64,000 bases of DNA. It comes from Squalus acanthias. Its lineage: Eukaryota. Shown here piece by piece: positions 62,922-64,000 of the stretch; positions within the stretch are counted from its first letter, which is position 1; each line of letters begins with the position of its first letter. The translations under genes and the position numbers were made by a program. The notes beneath the pieces were generated by a model. The model saw only the letters and a list, made by a program, of their open reading frames with translations, had not been told where the DNA came from and searched no databases. The stretch lies in assembly GCA_030390025.1 (NCBI GenBank), contig CM059432.1:131318001-131382000 (forward strand), read 5' to 3'.

Positions 62922-63212
62922 ACCATCTCCTTTTGCTTTGTACAATCATACCTTTTGTCATTTAATCTCTCCTGCCTTCCACCCTATCACAGACCTTCCC
63001 TTTTGTTCTTTCTTCCCCTCCTCACTTTCCCTGCCTCTGCACTTGCTTAAAACTTGTTATACCTCTAACTTTCTCCAGTTCTGATGAAAGGTCTTCGACC
63101 TGAAACGTTAACTCTGTTTCTCTCTCCACAGATGCTGCCTGACCTGCTGAATATTTCCAGCATTTTTTGTTTATATTTCAGATTTCCAGCATCTGCAGTA
63201 TTTTGCTTTTGT
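62922..63212 (+). mobile_element. Penelope-like solo pLTR fragment
   Basis: Near-identical to 22563-22816. Confidence 0.9.
63077..63113 (+). ncRNA. Minimal hammerhead ribozyme motif, best-preserved copy
   Basis: AGTT-CTGATGA-A-AGGTC-ttc-GACCT-GAAA-CGTT-AACT. Confidence 0.8.
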
Positions 63213-64000
63213 AATGATGTGGGTTGTTTTTGAAGTTCCCCAAATTCAGTATCTTTGGAAGGACTGTGAAAATGTTTGCCCCCCCCACATGAGACAACAA
63301 CATACCTTTAAATGACCACCTGCCTTTAAATGCCAGCTACAGCCATTTAGAAGATTCAAATGCACCAGATAATTTATCCTTCTCCCTTTGGCAAGCTCCC
63401 ATCTGGAGCTTGCTTTGCATATCTAATTTGGATGACCTCAGAAGAAGCAGAAGGGTCAGCCACTCCGTTTTAGGCAAACTTAAAGTTTGCAGCAGACAAA
63501 TCCTGCAAGCCAAGCAACAGGACTGGAAAATCCCAGGTGAACAAAGGGCCCAATGCTGGAAGGAGGTCCAGAAGTTTCACAACACGAAGAATTCAGAGAA
63601 GTCATAGCTGACCACTGTTCTACACTCAGGCAAAATCAGCTGACCTCATGCAGATACACCCTCAATAGCTGCATGAATGGAGAAGCACAGCAACTGTAGG
63701 TTGGCATTCATATTACCAGTTCTGTGACATCATGCAGCACTGCACAAGTGACTCCATGTGCCACCTCCAAAATCACTGATCCCACAGCAGTTCAAGTAAG
63801 AGACCCCTCTGGTACTGATGCAGGTACATCAGAAGTTGGAAACACAGGTGGCAGGGGTTACGGATTGCATGCAGCCAACCTGTACTAAGCTATTCCCTCA
63901 GCTAGCAGACCGCTTTGGGTTAGGGAAGGCACACAAAGATGTTTATGACTCAAAAAGACATATACATGCCAGACAAAGTCTTGAAAATGTAAAGCACATC

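Noticed and set aside
63240..64000. Possible further Harbinger Myb/SANT remnant (RAQCWKEVQKFHN)
   Set aside because: The similarity is too short and degenerate, and no boundaries are visible inside the window.

Overview
Vertebrate genomic DNA, most likely from an elasmobranch (shark). This is inferred from the repeat content: abundant CR1 LINEs with (TTCTTATG)n tails, an HE1/V-SINE-like element and DeuSINE fragments. Most of the window is intronic sequence of one minus-strand, multi-exon gene for a long coiled-coil protein, tentatively CCDC110-like. About 11 phase-compatible exons lie between 54129 and 77, and both gene ends are probably outside the window or unrecognised. The introns are filled with transposable elements: CR1, L2 and RTE LINEs, tRNA-derived SINEs, five Penelope-like (RT + GIY-YIG) pieces, a 5.6-kb two-gene Harbinger transposon with TIRs and a 3-bp TSD, more than 12 Harbinger-type MITEs, a probable solo LTR and a 22-bp minisatellite. 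The most notable signals are: (1) a minimal hammerhead ribozyme motif with an extra core A in every Penelope pseudo-LTR, all five antisense to the host gene; (2) MITEs carrying paired or hairpinned consensus 5' splice sites and promoter motifs; (3) two cases of a TIR-less inverted copy of a MITE interior placed just upstream of its parent MITE; (4) a 5'-inverted RTE insertion with a 7-bp TSD. All calls come from reading the sequence by eye; no database search was run.
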